A DNA stretch of 64,000 bases from the human T2T-CHM13v2.0 reference genome, Homo sapiens. Below are positions 24,410 through 43,709 of this stretch, piece after piece. The stretch is from NCBI RefSeq assembly GCF_009914755.1, contig NC_060944.1, one strand, 5' to 3'. The translations under genes and the position numbers were made by a program. The first letter of the stretch is position 1. Every line of letters starts with the position of its first letter. The notes below the pieces were generated by a model. The model worked only from the letters and a program-made list of their open reading frames with translations, was not told where the DNA came from and made no database searches.

Positions 24410-24493
24410 CTAGACATTCTGCCACGTGGATTTCACCAAGGACATTCTGTCCTCCCAAGGAACTTCATAGATCTGGAAAGAGCATAACTGTTT
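24410..24493 (-). pseudogene. Pseudogene exon 3 coding part (KQLCSFQIYEVPWEDRMSLVKSTWQNV*)
   Basis: VPW loop is intact; acceptor AG is mutated to GG (24494-24495); the last Cys is now Trp; a 3'UTR follows with ACTAAA at 24176-24181. Confidence 0.92.
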
Positions 24494-25703
24494 CCGTGAA
24501 AGGAAAGAGAGAGGGACTATCAGTGTCGGCTGCAGTTAAAGTGAGAGGTGCCCAGGCATGAGGCATCTGATGGAGGCAAGGATGGATGGAGGTGAGACAC
24601 TGTGTCCCCACCTGCTCCTGCTGAGACCCAAGGAACTGAACCAAATTGTGCAGTGATTACTCCATTCCCCCTCTCAGGTGGGGATGGAAGGCTCCAGTTC
24701 ACCAGGTGGCATTGCCCCCATTTCCAGCCTGCAGGGTTCTTGCCCCAGCACAGCCCTGGGAGGAGCAGCCTGTGCAAGGTCTCCGGAGCCCTAAGGGTGC
24801 AGGACAGGGGGAGGCAGCACACTGCCCCCAGCTCCTTCCACCTCCTGTGCCTAGGCCAGCACTATGAGGGGCCAGAGGGAAGAAGCCAGGGCAGGGCAGC
24901 TCCCCTTGAAAGAGCTGGGGCATAGGGAGCGGGCGAGAAGGGGAGTGCGGGTCTTCCCAGATTGCAGACCTCACAAGAACAAGCAGGTCTTTGGAGAGGC
25001 TGTTGTTGGGTGAGCGGGGCAGGTCCAGGGCTTTGCAGCTAACAGGCCTCTAGGTCCCTCTAATCTGCTCAGCGTGGCGGTGGCTGTGGGCAGGTGCCTG
25101 AAGCTGGGATTAGACAGAGCCCCATCTCCCTGCCCAGCACCCAGCCCTGCAGCTGCTTCCTATGGTTCAGCAGGCAACAACCCTAAGCACATGAGGTGGA
25201 GCTCCCAGTACCCCCATTCCCAAGCTAAAGCCCTCTTAGCAAATCAAATTCCTCACTCCTCTCCACACCACCCCACCTACATGCACACACATATTCATCT
25301 ACATGAACTCACCCCAACTCTCACCCACATGGATCTATGCACAAACGTCCATACTTCTCCCACACAACCACATGCACACTCCCATGCACCTCCCCCACAC
25401 ACTTGCACATGTGTGTGTACACATGCCCCTTTCCATGAGCAAAACACCTGCACACCTACTCACATGTACATGCACAGACATATAACTTCATATGCACATA
25501 CATTCATGTCTCTCCCAACACACATCTGCCATGTTTGCATAAACACACATGCATGTCGCCATATAAATGTACCCATGCCTGCATGCCCTGCTCTAGGCAT
25601 ACCGATGCGCTTACACACATACCCTTCAAAACATATGAACGAGCACACACACACACACCCCTCTGCAATGCACAACTGTCCCCGACCCACATCATGCACA
25701 CAC

Positions 25704-25817
25704 CTCCTGAAGTTTTGGCTGGTCATGGAACGGACACTTTTCCAAGTTGGGCTGGGACCTGGCACATTTGATTTGCCCCATCTCCACATCAAAGATTTAG
25801 TTCATCGCAGCCACGAC
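25704..25817 (-). pseudogene. Pseudogene exon 2 ([37 protein letters not shown])
   Basis: 114 bp with AG/GT intact; in-frame TAA at 25797-25799; the QxVxG glycine is lost. Confidence 0.92.
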
Positions 25818-26240
25818 CTACTCACGTGAAAGAGCAGGATGCATGGACAGTGCTCTCCACCAGTTTCATGCACACACAGGCACATCACTGTGACTGAGTC
25901 AAGGGAATTGCCTGGGGCTTCATTCCTGCCTTCATGAGCTGCCCACACTCCCACCTGCAAGGCACACAGTCACCTCCTGCCGGCTGGCAGGGGTGATATG
26001 CCCCAGGCCTCCCTGGTAACTTGTTTTCTCTGTGCCAGTGCAAAGGATTAACTGAAATCTGCTGGCCCAAGGGGCAGGGACCCTGTATTTCTTCTAGGAA
26101 GGCTGTCGTCTGATGATGAAATTTCAGCTAACTTCCAGTTTCTAGCATTCAGCCCATTGAGCATCTTATTTCCTCCATTTAACTCAGATTTATTTATTCC
26201 CTCTTTTATCAGTAGGAGATGAGAGGCTTCACACAAATGT

Positions 26241-26393
26241 ATGTTTTAGGCCAACAAGAGACTTCCTCTCTAATGCCTCCATTCTGAGTGGATGTTTTAG
26301 GCCAATAAGGGACTTCCTCTCTAATGCCTCTGTTCTGAGTGGATGTTTTAGGCCAATAGGAGACTTCCTCTCTAATGCCTCCATTCTGAGTGG
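26241..26393. repeat. 51-bp tandem repeat x3 in pseudogene intron 1
   Basis: atgttttaggccaaYaRgRgacttcctctctaatgcctcYRttctgagtgg occurs three times. Confidence 0.92.
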
Positions 26394-27513
26394 GTTTTTG
26401 GCTCCAGTATTTCTAGGGTCATACACCTACTTGTGTTAAACTTGCTATTGCAGAAGAGAATTGAATGCTTTCCCTGCACAGGGCATCATGGAGGCGCAAC
26501 TTGTCAGAACTGGGGAGAAACACAGGAGAAGGAGCCCTGGGAACCAGGCTGTGGAACCAAGAGGTAGTTGTGTGTTCTCTAGGGCATCAGTCTCCCCATC
26601 TGTAAATTAGGATCCTGGGCCCAACAATTCACATCATCCACTGCTTCACTCTGAGTTACTGTCACACTTCAGAGACACTTGCAGGCCAGGAGGAACTGTG
26701 ACACCAGCGAATGCACCTCATGTGTGGGCAGAGAGCACCAGCTGATGGCTGCAGGAGGAGAAACGGGGCTGGTCTGGACTCCTTTGAATTTCCAAGAGAA
26801 GGTGGAGGAGCTTTAAAGTCTATGTCACTGTTTGCTGCTCTGCCACGGGATGCACGTCAACCTGGGCCTGGTAGCCCTGCTGAATCTCCCTCCTGACCCA
26901 ACTCCCTCCTCTACTCTGCTGGGTGACTGCTGTCCTCACTGGCTGAGTCTAACTCTGTGTCAGCTGGCAGAGGGAGGGTCATCAGGTGTGTTCCACCCCA
27001 GCAGGAACTCAGCAGTCCTGGGCTGCAGGAGGTGGTCAGTGAGTCTGAGGGTGAAGGCTGGTAGCCCTAAGAGGCTGTACCCAGGGCGTGACTTGGGGAG
27101 GGGAGCAGGGCTCTGCAGGACAAGGAGCCAGGCTCCTTTGTGGCCCCTGCAGAGAGGAGTCAGAGAGGAGGATGAGCCTCATGGCCTGGATCTCATCCTG
27201 AGCAGCACCAAGCCCACCCAGAGTCCGCACAGTCTCCATCCACACCTGCTGGACCCTGGGAAATGCTAACATCATGGCACAGACCCAGTGACTGCTGCAG
27301 GTTAAAGGTGGCCAAGTGGACACGACAAGGCTGAACTCAAGCACTCATGGCCCAAGAGCATCCTTGGGCTTGAAGGCCGTCAGCGGACTGTCAGGGAAAG
27401 CTGAATGAGTCTGAGCCTTAGATCATGAATGTGTCAGTGCTGATTTGCTGGGAATGCTCTCGGAGGGGCAAAGCAGAGGCTATGGCATCCCTAGGTGTGG
27501 TGGCAGCACCCAC

Positions 27514-27739
27514 CTGCTCTCTGGCTCGCAGCACCCACAGCGGGCATCTGTAGTACTGATCTTTGGTGGCCTTGTTGTACTTGCTAATGGTGAAGTGAAG
27601 GGCACGCTGTACCCACTCATCATTGAGGTGTGTGTCATAGATGTCACCCCGATTGTCCTTCCTCCTCCTCGGGGCTCCAGGACAGGGCCACTGCCAGGGC
27701 GGCCAGCAGGAGCAGCAGAGTGCACAGGGGCCGGGCCAT
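27514..27739 (-). pseudogene. Pseudogene exon 1 (MARPLCTLLLLLAALAVALSWSPEEE, frameshift, ...DIYDTHLNDEWVQRALHFTISKYNKATKDQYYRCPLWVLRAREQ)
   Basis: 226 bp versus 228 in CST1 (two 1-bp deletions), giving TGA at 27644-27646; GT donor intact. Confidence 0.94.
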
Positions 27740-29334
27740 GGGCTTCTCAGAGGCAGAGCACAGAGCTGGAGCTGCAGGAGATGAGGGTGAGAGCCTAAGG
27801 TAGGGAGCCCAGACCAGCAGGCAGCTGTGCATTTATCGTGCTTCCGCAGCCCCAGCCCACCCCACTCCATGCCCGCCCTTGGCTCCTCCTCCTCTTTCTG
27901 CCCATCCCCCTCTTTATCCATCTCTCATTTCACTACTCCCCCTACCCGCCCCGCCCGGCCCCCCATAACCTCCCTCCCTGCCTAAGTTCCCCCTGCCCCT
28001 CCGCCCCTGCCCCTCCATCCCCCAGTCTGCTCCTCCGTCTCCCCCTCCTCCTCACTACTCTCCTCACTCCCACCCCTTTTCCAGCCCTGCCCCTCCTCCC
28101 CATTGCTCCCAAGCTGGCTCACCGTTGTCCCCAGAGAGGGCACACTGCTCACTGGGCTGTGAAAGCAACATGACCTCCTGTTTCCTCAGAAAAGGGAGAA
28201 GTGCAGGGCCCTCCTGGGATCTTCAGTTTTCAGAGGCATCAGTGAGAGCTTGGTCACAGTCTGGGAATCCATGAAACAGAGAGATGATTTCAGGAGCTCC
28301 TGGAAGGCTTATTCTGCATCCTGCTCTGGGGAATTTCTTTGCCAGACATAAGAGAATTAATGTTTTGCAAAAGGCCATTAGGTTCTCTTTTCATGAGTCC
28401 TCATTATTCAATGCACAAACCCTTTACCAGCTCCTCCTGGTACCAGGTGGTCTAGGACCTAGAGAGGGAGCACGGATGACCGAGCCATGGACAGAGATGT
28501 GACACAAACCCATGAGCAATTTTCAGTTTTATAATAGACACGTTAAAAAAGGAAAAAGAAACAGAGGGAGTGATTTTAATAATATTTCTTGTTTAACCTA
28601 ATATATCCAAAATATTAGTTCAACACATGGGAACAGTTGTTAATGAGATAGTTTACATTCTTTTGAATGTGTGTAAGTCTTTGAAACTCCCTGTTGTTTT
28701 TTTTTACACTTAGACCAAATGTCATCTTGGACTGGCCTCATTTTCAGTGACCCATGGCCACATGTGGCTGGTGGCAGTGGTTCTGCTCCTTAGGGTATGG
28801 AGGATGAGAAAGCGATAATCAATAATTAATATCAGGAAATTAGTCTCTCTGTTGGAAGTGAAAGAGTATGAGGTAGAGACAGATGGAGCCACTGGACCCT
28901 GGTCAGGGAGACTGGAAAGGTGAGAAGCCCTGTCTAGACAGGAAGCAGAGCTCCAGGCAGCGGGAACAGCAAGTGCAAAGGCCCTGAGGCGGGGCTGAGC
29001 ATGCCTGCTCCAAGAAGAGGAAGCTCCTGGGGCGGGTGTGAGCAGGGAAGGGAATGACCTGGAGTCTCAGGGTAACTGTGGTTGGGGCCCAGTGGGAGGT
29101 GCAGGGAGACTCCTGGCAGGTGGTGGGGGTGTCAGGAGAGGGAGCAGCAGCCGCGGGATGAATGTGGGAGCCCACGGGTATCTCTTGTTCCTCCCCTCAG
29201 ACAGCCAAGCTGCCGGCACTGGTCCTCTGTGCACTACTTGGAAAACTCACCTGATTCTTAAAAATTGCCTTGAATGAGGTAGAATTTACATACAATAAAA
29301 CGCCTAATTATGTATGTGTAACCTGGGGGATTTG

Positions 29335-29766
29335 TTTATTTTTATGGATTTTGGGGTACAGATGTAGTTGCGTTATGTGGATATATTGCATAGAGGTGAA
29401 ATCTGGGCTTTTAGGGTACCCATTACCAGATAATGTACGTTATATCCACTAGGTGATATTTCACATTCACCACCATCCCACTCTCCCACCTTTGAGCCTC
29501 CACTGTCTATCATTCCACTCTGCATGTCCGTGAGTACCCATTGTTTAGCTCCCACTTAACAAGTGAGAGCATGCAGTTTTTGATTTTCAGTTTGAATCAC
29601 TTCAATAAGGATAACGGCCTCCAGTTCCATATACGTTGCTGCAAAAAAACATAATTTCATTCATTTTTGTGGCTGAGTATTACTCCATGGTGTGTGTGTG
29701 TGTGTGCATATATATATATATATATATACATATACACACGTATACATATATACATATATATGTATA

Positions 29767-29805
<39 letters not shown>

Positions 29806-30560
29806 AGTAGTATTCATACACACACAAACCACCTTGTTTTATCCAACTGTCCATCTGTCCATTGATACCATGACTTTTCTATGTGAAAAGTGCTGCAAGA
29901 AACATACAAGTGCAGATGTCATTTTTACATAATGATTTCTTTTTAGAGGTTACCTATCCAGTAATGGAACTGCTGGATCACAGGGCAGTTCTGCTTTTAG
30001 TTGTTTGAGAAATCATCAGTTTTCTATAGAGGTTGCACTAATGTACACTTCCACCAACAGTGCATAATTTTTTTCTTTTCCCCACATCTTCTCCAATGTC
30101 TGTTGTTTTTTGACTTTCTTTTGAGACAGGATCTCACACTCTTACCTGGGCAGAAAGGCAGTGGCACGATCATACCTAACTATAGCCTCAAACTCCTGAG
30201 CTCAAATGATCCACCTGCCTCAGCCTCCTGAGTAGCTAGTACTACAGGCCCATGGCAAGACATTTTTATTTTTTGTAGAGACAGGGTTTCACTATTTTGT
30301 CCAGGCTGGTCTTGAAATCCTGGCCCCAAGCAATCCTCCCATTTTGGTCTCTCAAAGTGCTGTGATTATAGACATGAATCACTGCACTCTGCTGTCTTTT
30401 GACATTTAAAAACAGCCTTTCTCCCTGGTGTACAATGATATTTCATTGTGGTTTCAATTTGCATTTCTCAGATATTTAGTCATGTTGAGCATTTTTTCAC
30501 AAGCATGTTTGCCACTTGTATGTCTTCTTTTGAAAAATATCTGTTTATATGCTATGCCCA
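29335..30560 (-). mobile_element. L1MA-type 3' end containing a (TG)/(TA) microsatellite (~29690-29802) and an AluJ (~30118-30392)
   Basis: L1 3'UTR motifs (ttttgtggctgagtattactccatggtgtg; cacttccaccaacagtg). Confidence 0.75.
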
Positions 30561-30561
30561 C

Positions 30562-32713
<2,152 letters not shown>

Positions 32714-34899
32714 TAGGAGATTGGATATCTCCCTTCAATAGATGATCTCAATGTTCTCACACCCATGAGACCTGCTGAAGAAAACCAATGCTTCATCTGG
32801 AAAGTTCCTTGTTCCCAAAAATCGCTTACTCAGCTGGGTCTTTTTTCCCCCTCTTCATCCCTAGTGAAATGCAAACCAAAGTATCCATCTGTATTGGACT
32901 TGGTGAAATATTTTCACTCATATAATTTCATTTGATCTAGCTGTTGAGGAAGGTTGGGCAGGTACCAGAAACCCTTTTTACTCTTAAGAAAATAAGTAGG
33001 AGGTAGGTTGAGGATAAGATGTCAGGTCATGTAATTTTCAGCTTAATTATGTTCTTGTCACACAGTAAGCTTCATTTGCCACCCTGGCTCTGGGACTGAC
33101 ACTAAGTGATGTGTCAGCTCCATCACTCCTAGGAGCGTCCTGGCCGCAGGTAGCAGGAGTCCTGAGAAACACTTGCCGCCTCTCCCACGATGACACTTGT
33201 TATTTAACAAAGGCTGTGGGAATGGTGTTCACAGAGTTGCAGCATCCTCAGCAGGGGCCCAGGTGGTTTCCTTCCATCTTCTCCATCATTCCTTGGGCTT
33301 TTGTTCTTGGGCACACAGCTCATGAGTGAAAGGTGGACACCATAGCCCTAGACATCCTGTCCCACACTACAGCCTGAAAGGTGAGGAGTAGGAGCAGGAG
33401 GAGGTCACAGGGCGTGAGAGGAGGGTTGAGGGAGAGAGAGAGAAAGAGACAGAGAGATAGAGGTAGAGAGAGAGAGAGAAAGAGAGAAAGAGAGAGAGAG
33501 AACTCTCCTCAGGGGGCTTTTCTCTGTTTATCCAGCAGATACTCTCTTAGTAGCAACCTGGCCGAGTGCTTAGCAGTTGCTGGCTGGACCTGAGCTCCAT
33601 TTCCCCAGGGGTGAGGAAGGCTTGGAAGTCCATTGCCTGATACTTTCACTGTTTGCACTCAGGGGCAGGCAAGAGGAAAGGAACTGACAATGGCTGGTCT
33701 CCAGAACAAAGTCACTTATATGAGTGTTCATCGAGAGCTTGTAGAAACTCCATTGTACTCTGAAGTTTATGAATGTGTTTATGCACAGGTGTGCATGCCA
33801 TTTGGGGTGTCTGAGAAGGATGCCTGAGCTGTGTCAGAGTTGGCAGGAATGGTGGGCTTTGGGGCCCTAAGATATGGAGAGTATCCAACGGGAACTAAGT
33901 GGGAAGAGGCTTGCAGAGTTGGCAACCTCCTCACCCCATGATAAAGGAGGGGATGATATGCTGAAACATCACATGTGAAGATGAACACATCACAAGGAAA
34001 ATGCTCAAATGTGGCAGATAAACCACAAAGCTACAGGGCAATTCCTGTGCCTGCAGCCACCTGCCCTGTAAATCCTTCTCAGTTCATGAGTTTGCAGAGA
34101 ACCTCTAGGTTCTGCATGCTCCACTTCACCACAGTGACCACCAGAGGGAAGCATTCACCCACGGATGACCAGCCCTTTGGGTGCCTCTACTCCAGCCTCA
34201 CCCTGCGGAGCAGGCTCTGAAGGTAACCCTGGGGTTGTCATAGCATCTGCCTTGGAGAAAGGAGTTTTGTAAACTAAGCATTCCCTGAGTGCCATATGGG
34301 TTCTGCAGAGGCCCGTCTGCTTGGCTCTGTCCTCGCTGCCCTGGGCTACCTGGCTACCTGGGCATGTGGGGTTTTATTGATCAGAGCGATGGCCAGTAGA
34401 TGGCACAGTCTTCTGTTCCTGTAGCTCTCCCCAGGGCCCTTGCTGGATATTTCCAGGAAGGAGAGACAGGCCCAGAGCTGACTCTCTCAGAAGACAGGGA
34501 CCTTCTGAAGGCAGGTGACAATGAACGTGTGGACACCCCGTGGACAAGTCTGGTTTCTATCCTCTCTTCCACTCTCTTCCTCCTCACCCCTTTCCTGGTG
34601 CTCCCTCTCTTACTTCCTGCCCCTTTCTAAAACTACCCATCTCCTTCTTTTTCATGGTCAACTTAGTCAGTCGGAGGCATGAATACCATGGAAAAACCAC
34701 GTTTGCTGCTGTGGTTAAGAAGAACACATGATCCATTACTGAAAAACGGTTTCCCATGCAAGGCGAGGTGTCTGAAGACCAGATTCACCTGAGTCCAGAT
34801 CTGATGAGCCTGCAAACAGAGGAAAACCTTAACGATAGCTGCTCTGCCTTCGTGCTTATATTCTGCACCAAAGAGCTTTATCTTTTCACATCAAATATC

Positions 34900-35760
34900 A
34901 TATCACCACCATCGCCACTATATCATCAATATCACCATAATCTTCACAACTATTGCCATTTCCATAACCACCATCACTATCACCAGCATCACCACCACCA
35001 TCCCCACAATCATCACTACCACCATCACCATTATCTTTAACACTATCACCATCGATACCACTCCCATGATCACTATCATCATCACCAGCATCATCACCAT
35101 CACCATCATCATCACCATCACCATAACCTCAACATCATGGTCATCACCATCATCACCACCATCATCATAATCATCACTACCATCACCATCACTATTATCA
35201 TCACCGTCACCATTACTGCCACCACCAAGACCATCACCATCAACACCAGTACCACCATAATACCCACCATCACTACCATCATTACCACCAACACTATTAT
35301 CAACATCATCACTATCATCACCACCACCATCATTATCAATACCACCATCTCTGCCATCATCACCATCACCACCACCACTATTACTACCATCACTATTACC
35401 AACTTCACCACTATTACCATCACCACTACTATTACTACAAGAGCTACCATCATCACCACCATTATAACCACCACCACCACCACCACCATCATCACTATTA
35501 TCACAATCACCATCACCATTAACAATACCAGCATTACTGCTGTCATCAACATCACCATCTCCATTACCACCATCACCATCAGTATACTCATCATCATTAT
35601 ACACATCATGAGCACCACTATCATCATCAACACCATCACCATCATTACCATTACCAGCATTACCACCATACCATCATCATCATCTTCAAAACCACCACCA
35701 CCATCACCATTTTCATCCCCAGCATATCATTCTCATCACCATCATCATCTTCAGCACCAC
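34900..35760. repeat. Degenerate (CAT/CAC)n trinucleotide repeat
   Basis: Read directly; paralogue at 52130-52975. Confidence 0.95.
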
Positions 35761-38391
35761 TGCCAGGTGTCTGTCAGCAGCTGTTCTGCATTGGACATTG
35801 TGCCACACCCTTTATAAACCTCATGTGATTACATAGTCATGCTGATTTTGTATTTTATAGAAAAAAATAAGGTGGTAATTGGCTTTGAAACATGATAGAA
35901 GAGTGTGAGAACCTGCTTTTTCTTCTCAGAACTATCTGCAATCAATGAAAGAGAAGACTCACTTTATTTCTCAGCTGCCACATTGCTGGATCTTCCCTAG
36001 AGAGGTCGGATGTGGACATCCACAGTGAAGTCTTCACTGGTTTGCTGGTCTCCACCCTCAGATTTTGTTTCTCTGGTTCTAAAATGTTTAGAAACCCATA
36101 TCCTCTGCCACATGAAGCATTGGCATCTTGCTCTCTGTCTCTGCACTCTTGCTTTTGCCATGACATAGCCTGGCCTCTAGAGAAACTGGACTCTTTGATG
36201 TTCTCCAGACACAGAACTGTCCAGGCTCACATAATTCTTTCTCAAATGTTTACCTGTAGATGCCCACTCCACCCTAAATCTTTACCTCCACAAATGCTAC
36301 TGCTTCTCAGGTTTAGGTCTACACAAACCCTGTCTATGAATCCCTCTCTGGTCCATGTAGCCAGCCAGGTGTGACCCTTTTGAATTTGGGGTCTTATTGC
36401 ACTTTTGTGTGCACAAGAGGAATTTTCTATCCTCCTCTGAGAGTTGTTCTTACTTGTGTGTCTACTTCTGTCACCCACCAGGCCATGAGGACCTAGAGGA
36501 TAAAGACTGAGTCCCCTTCCCCCTGTGATTTCCTTCTCAGAGATCACTGAGATAATCACAAACAAAAACTAGCTAACACTAATAATGAACATAACACTCA
36601 ATAATGTATCATCACCTCATAATAACTACTTAGTAGGTGCTATTACTGTCTTCATTTTAGAGATGAAATAACTGAGCCACAGAGAGTTTAGGGAAATATG
36701 TCAAATTTACACAGCTTGTAAATGGAAGAATCAGGATTTTAACCTGTGTAGTCTGACTACATGTCATTGCCATGATGTGAGATGCCTCAGCAGTCTGCTG
36801 TCCCTGAAACTTTGTACATTTGAGAAATCTCATGTTGAGCCACAGTTATGCTGCTTTTGAACTGGAGCTCAGAGGATGGGGTCATTTAAAGTGCCAAGGT
36901 CATCACCACCTCATACGGAACTTGACAATGATTCCTGCCCACGTGTCTTGGTCCAGACTCTCCTTCTTTTTGGAATTCCCATCTCCTATGTCACCTCATT
37001 GATTTCTCTTCATCATTTGTGATTCTGTAGATATTCTATATTCCATAAAGGTGACTTTCCAGATTGACAGAAGAAAAACCTGACAAGAGGATGCAAATGA
37101 AAGTGATTTATTTGGGTGGTAGTCCCAGGACACACTGCTGGGGCATTGAGGAAATGATACAGGAAAGAGAAGGTGCTGAATACAGTGAGTGTGAACTTTC
37201 AGGCTACTGCTATTCATACCTTGGGCTCAATTCTGCTGGGAACTTCTGGGAGATTGCATAGAACATGTCTGCTGGTGTCATTCCTTGGAAGAAGAATGTA
37301 CAGGGCTATTAGTTCTCTCGCACTTGCTTGTGCCATGTGCACAGGTAAACTTGTGGGGATGGTGGCAACTGGAATGTGGACTGGCAAGCGCAGTGAGGTA
37401 AGGCAGTGAGGACCAATCAAGGGATCTGGGCAGCTTGTCCTCCTCCCCCAGCCCTCTCTGTGCATTTGGTGCCCTTCTCTGTGCTCTCCAGTGCCATATT
37501 CTCTTCTCTGATTTCCACTTGCTTGTCTACCACCCAGAATTCTATACTGTACATTCCTCGAGGATGGAGGACTTGGCTCTTTCACTTTCTTTTCTCCAGC
37601 AACAGATTTCTTTTCTAGCATAAAATGTATACTCAACAAAGACAGTAGGAGTGATGAAATTAAGCCCATTTTTTGAAAAGTCTGATAAACTTTCAAAAAT
37701 CTTTATTTAGAAACATTAATTTATGGGGAAATTCTCTTGAATAATTGAAAGAAAAATATTTTATAGAAGTTGCCAGGAACAATAAGAAAATTGCTTTGTG
37801 TAATTGAAAAATCATCCCCAAATATAAAATGCATAAAAAGGAAGTGAGAGAGAGAGAGAAAATGTAATCATCAGCCTAGAGCCCCAAAAGTAAAATAAGT
37901 AGAAATGAAAATGAATCACAGGTGCCACAAAGCTCATTCTCTTCCACCGAACAAGAAATTGGGTAAGAAATGCAACCAGAAGCCATGTGCTGGCAGCTGA
38001 GCAGTTCCAAGTGGGTTCAGGGCAAAATGATCCTCTTGGTACTTTGGTGAACTTCATAAGTGAATGGATGAAAAGTGTGAGTAATCACCCAGGTACCCTG
38101 TTCAGGAACACTTGACTGTCCAAAAAGATGGACAAAATGTTTTTCTGTGTACTTTAAGGAATTGTTAAGATCTTGCATTTCATTATACTTCTTTTATGTG
38201 ATTTCAGGACCCCTATGTCCAAGATGTCCAGAAAAGAGGAAGAGGTGAGCAGGTACAAAGTGGGGTCTGAGTTCTGCTTGTGCCTGTCTGGTAGCCTAGT
38301 GCTGCCTGAAGAAGCATAAAGATCTACCTGGTGCTATTAGGTGGGCACTTGTGGTCATTTTTAGGGCTGTCTTCCGAGTATTTCAGTTTCT

Positions 38392-43611
<5,220 letters not shown>

Positions 43612-43709
43612 TGAGTTTGGTGTGGTCATGACTTGCTGTGGTCATGAAGAAGTGAGATGTCTAGTCATCATGCTAGTTCTTGCCTCAAAACCATGTGCTT
43701 TTGTTTTTT

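Larger units (their letters stand above)
24160..27840 (-). pseudogene. CST2P1: Unprocessed type-2 cystatin pseudogene (3 exons); probably CST2P1/CSTP2
   Basis: Three exons with the cystatin intron positions and several disabling lesions. The symbol is inferred from its position upstream of CST1, not from a database check. Confidence 0.85.

Noticed and set aside
25074-25829. 251-aa His/Thr-rich plus-strand ORF (and similar ORFs at 244-611)
   Set aside because: It is antisense to the CA-rich cystatin intron 2 and exon 2, and the frame is not preserved between paralogues.
34918-35817. Long Ile/Thr-, Met/Val- and Asp/Gly-rich ORFs (also 52180-53056)
   Set aside because: These are by-products of stop-poor (CAT/CAC)n repeats, with no coding context.
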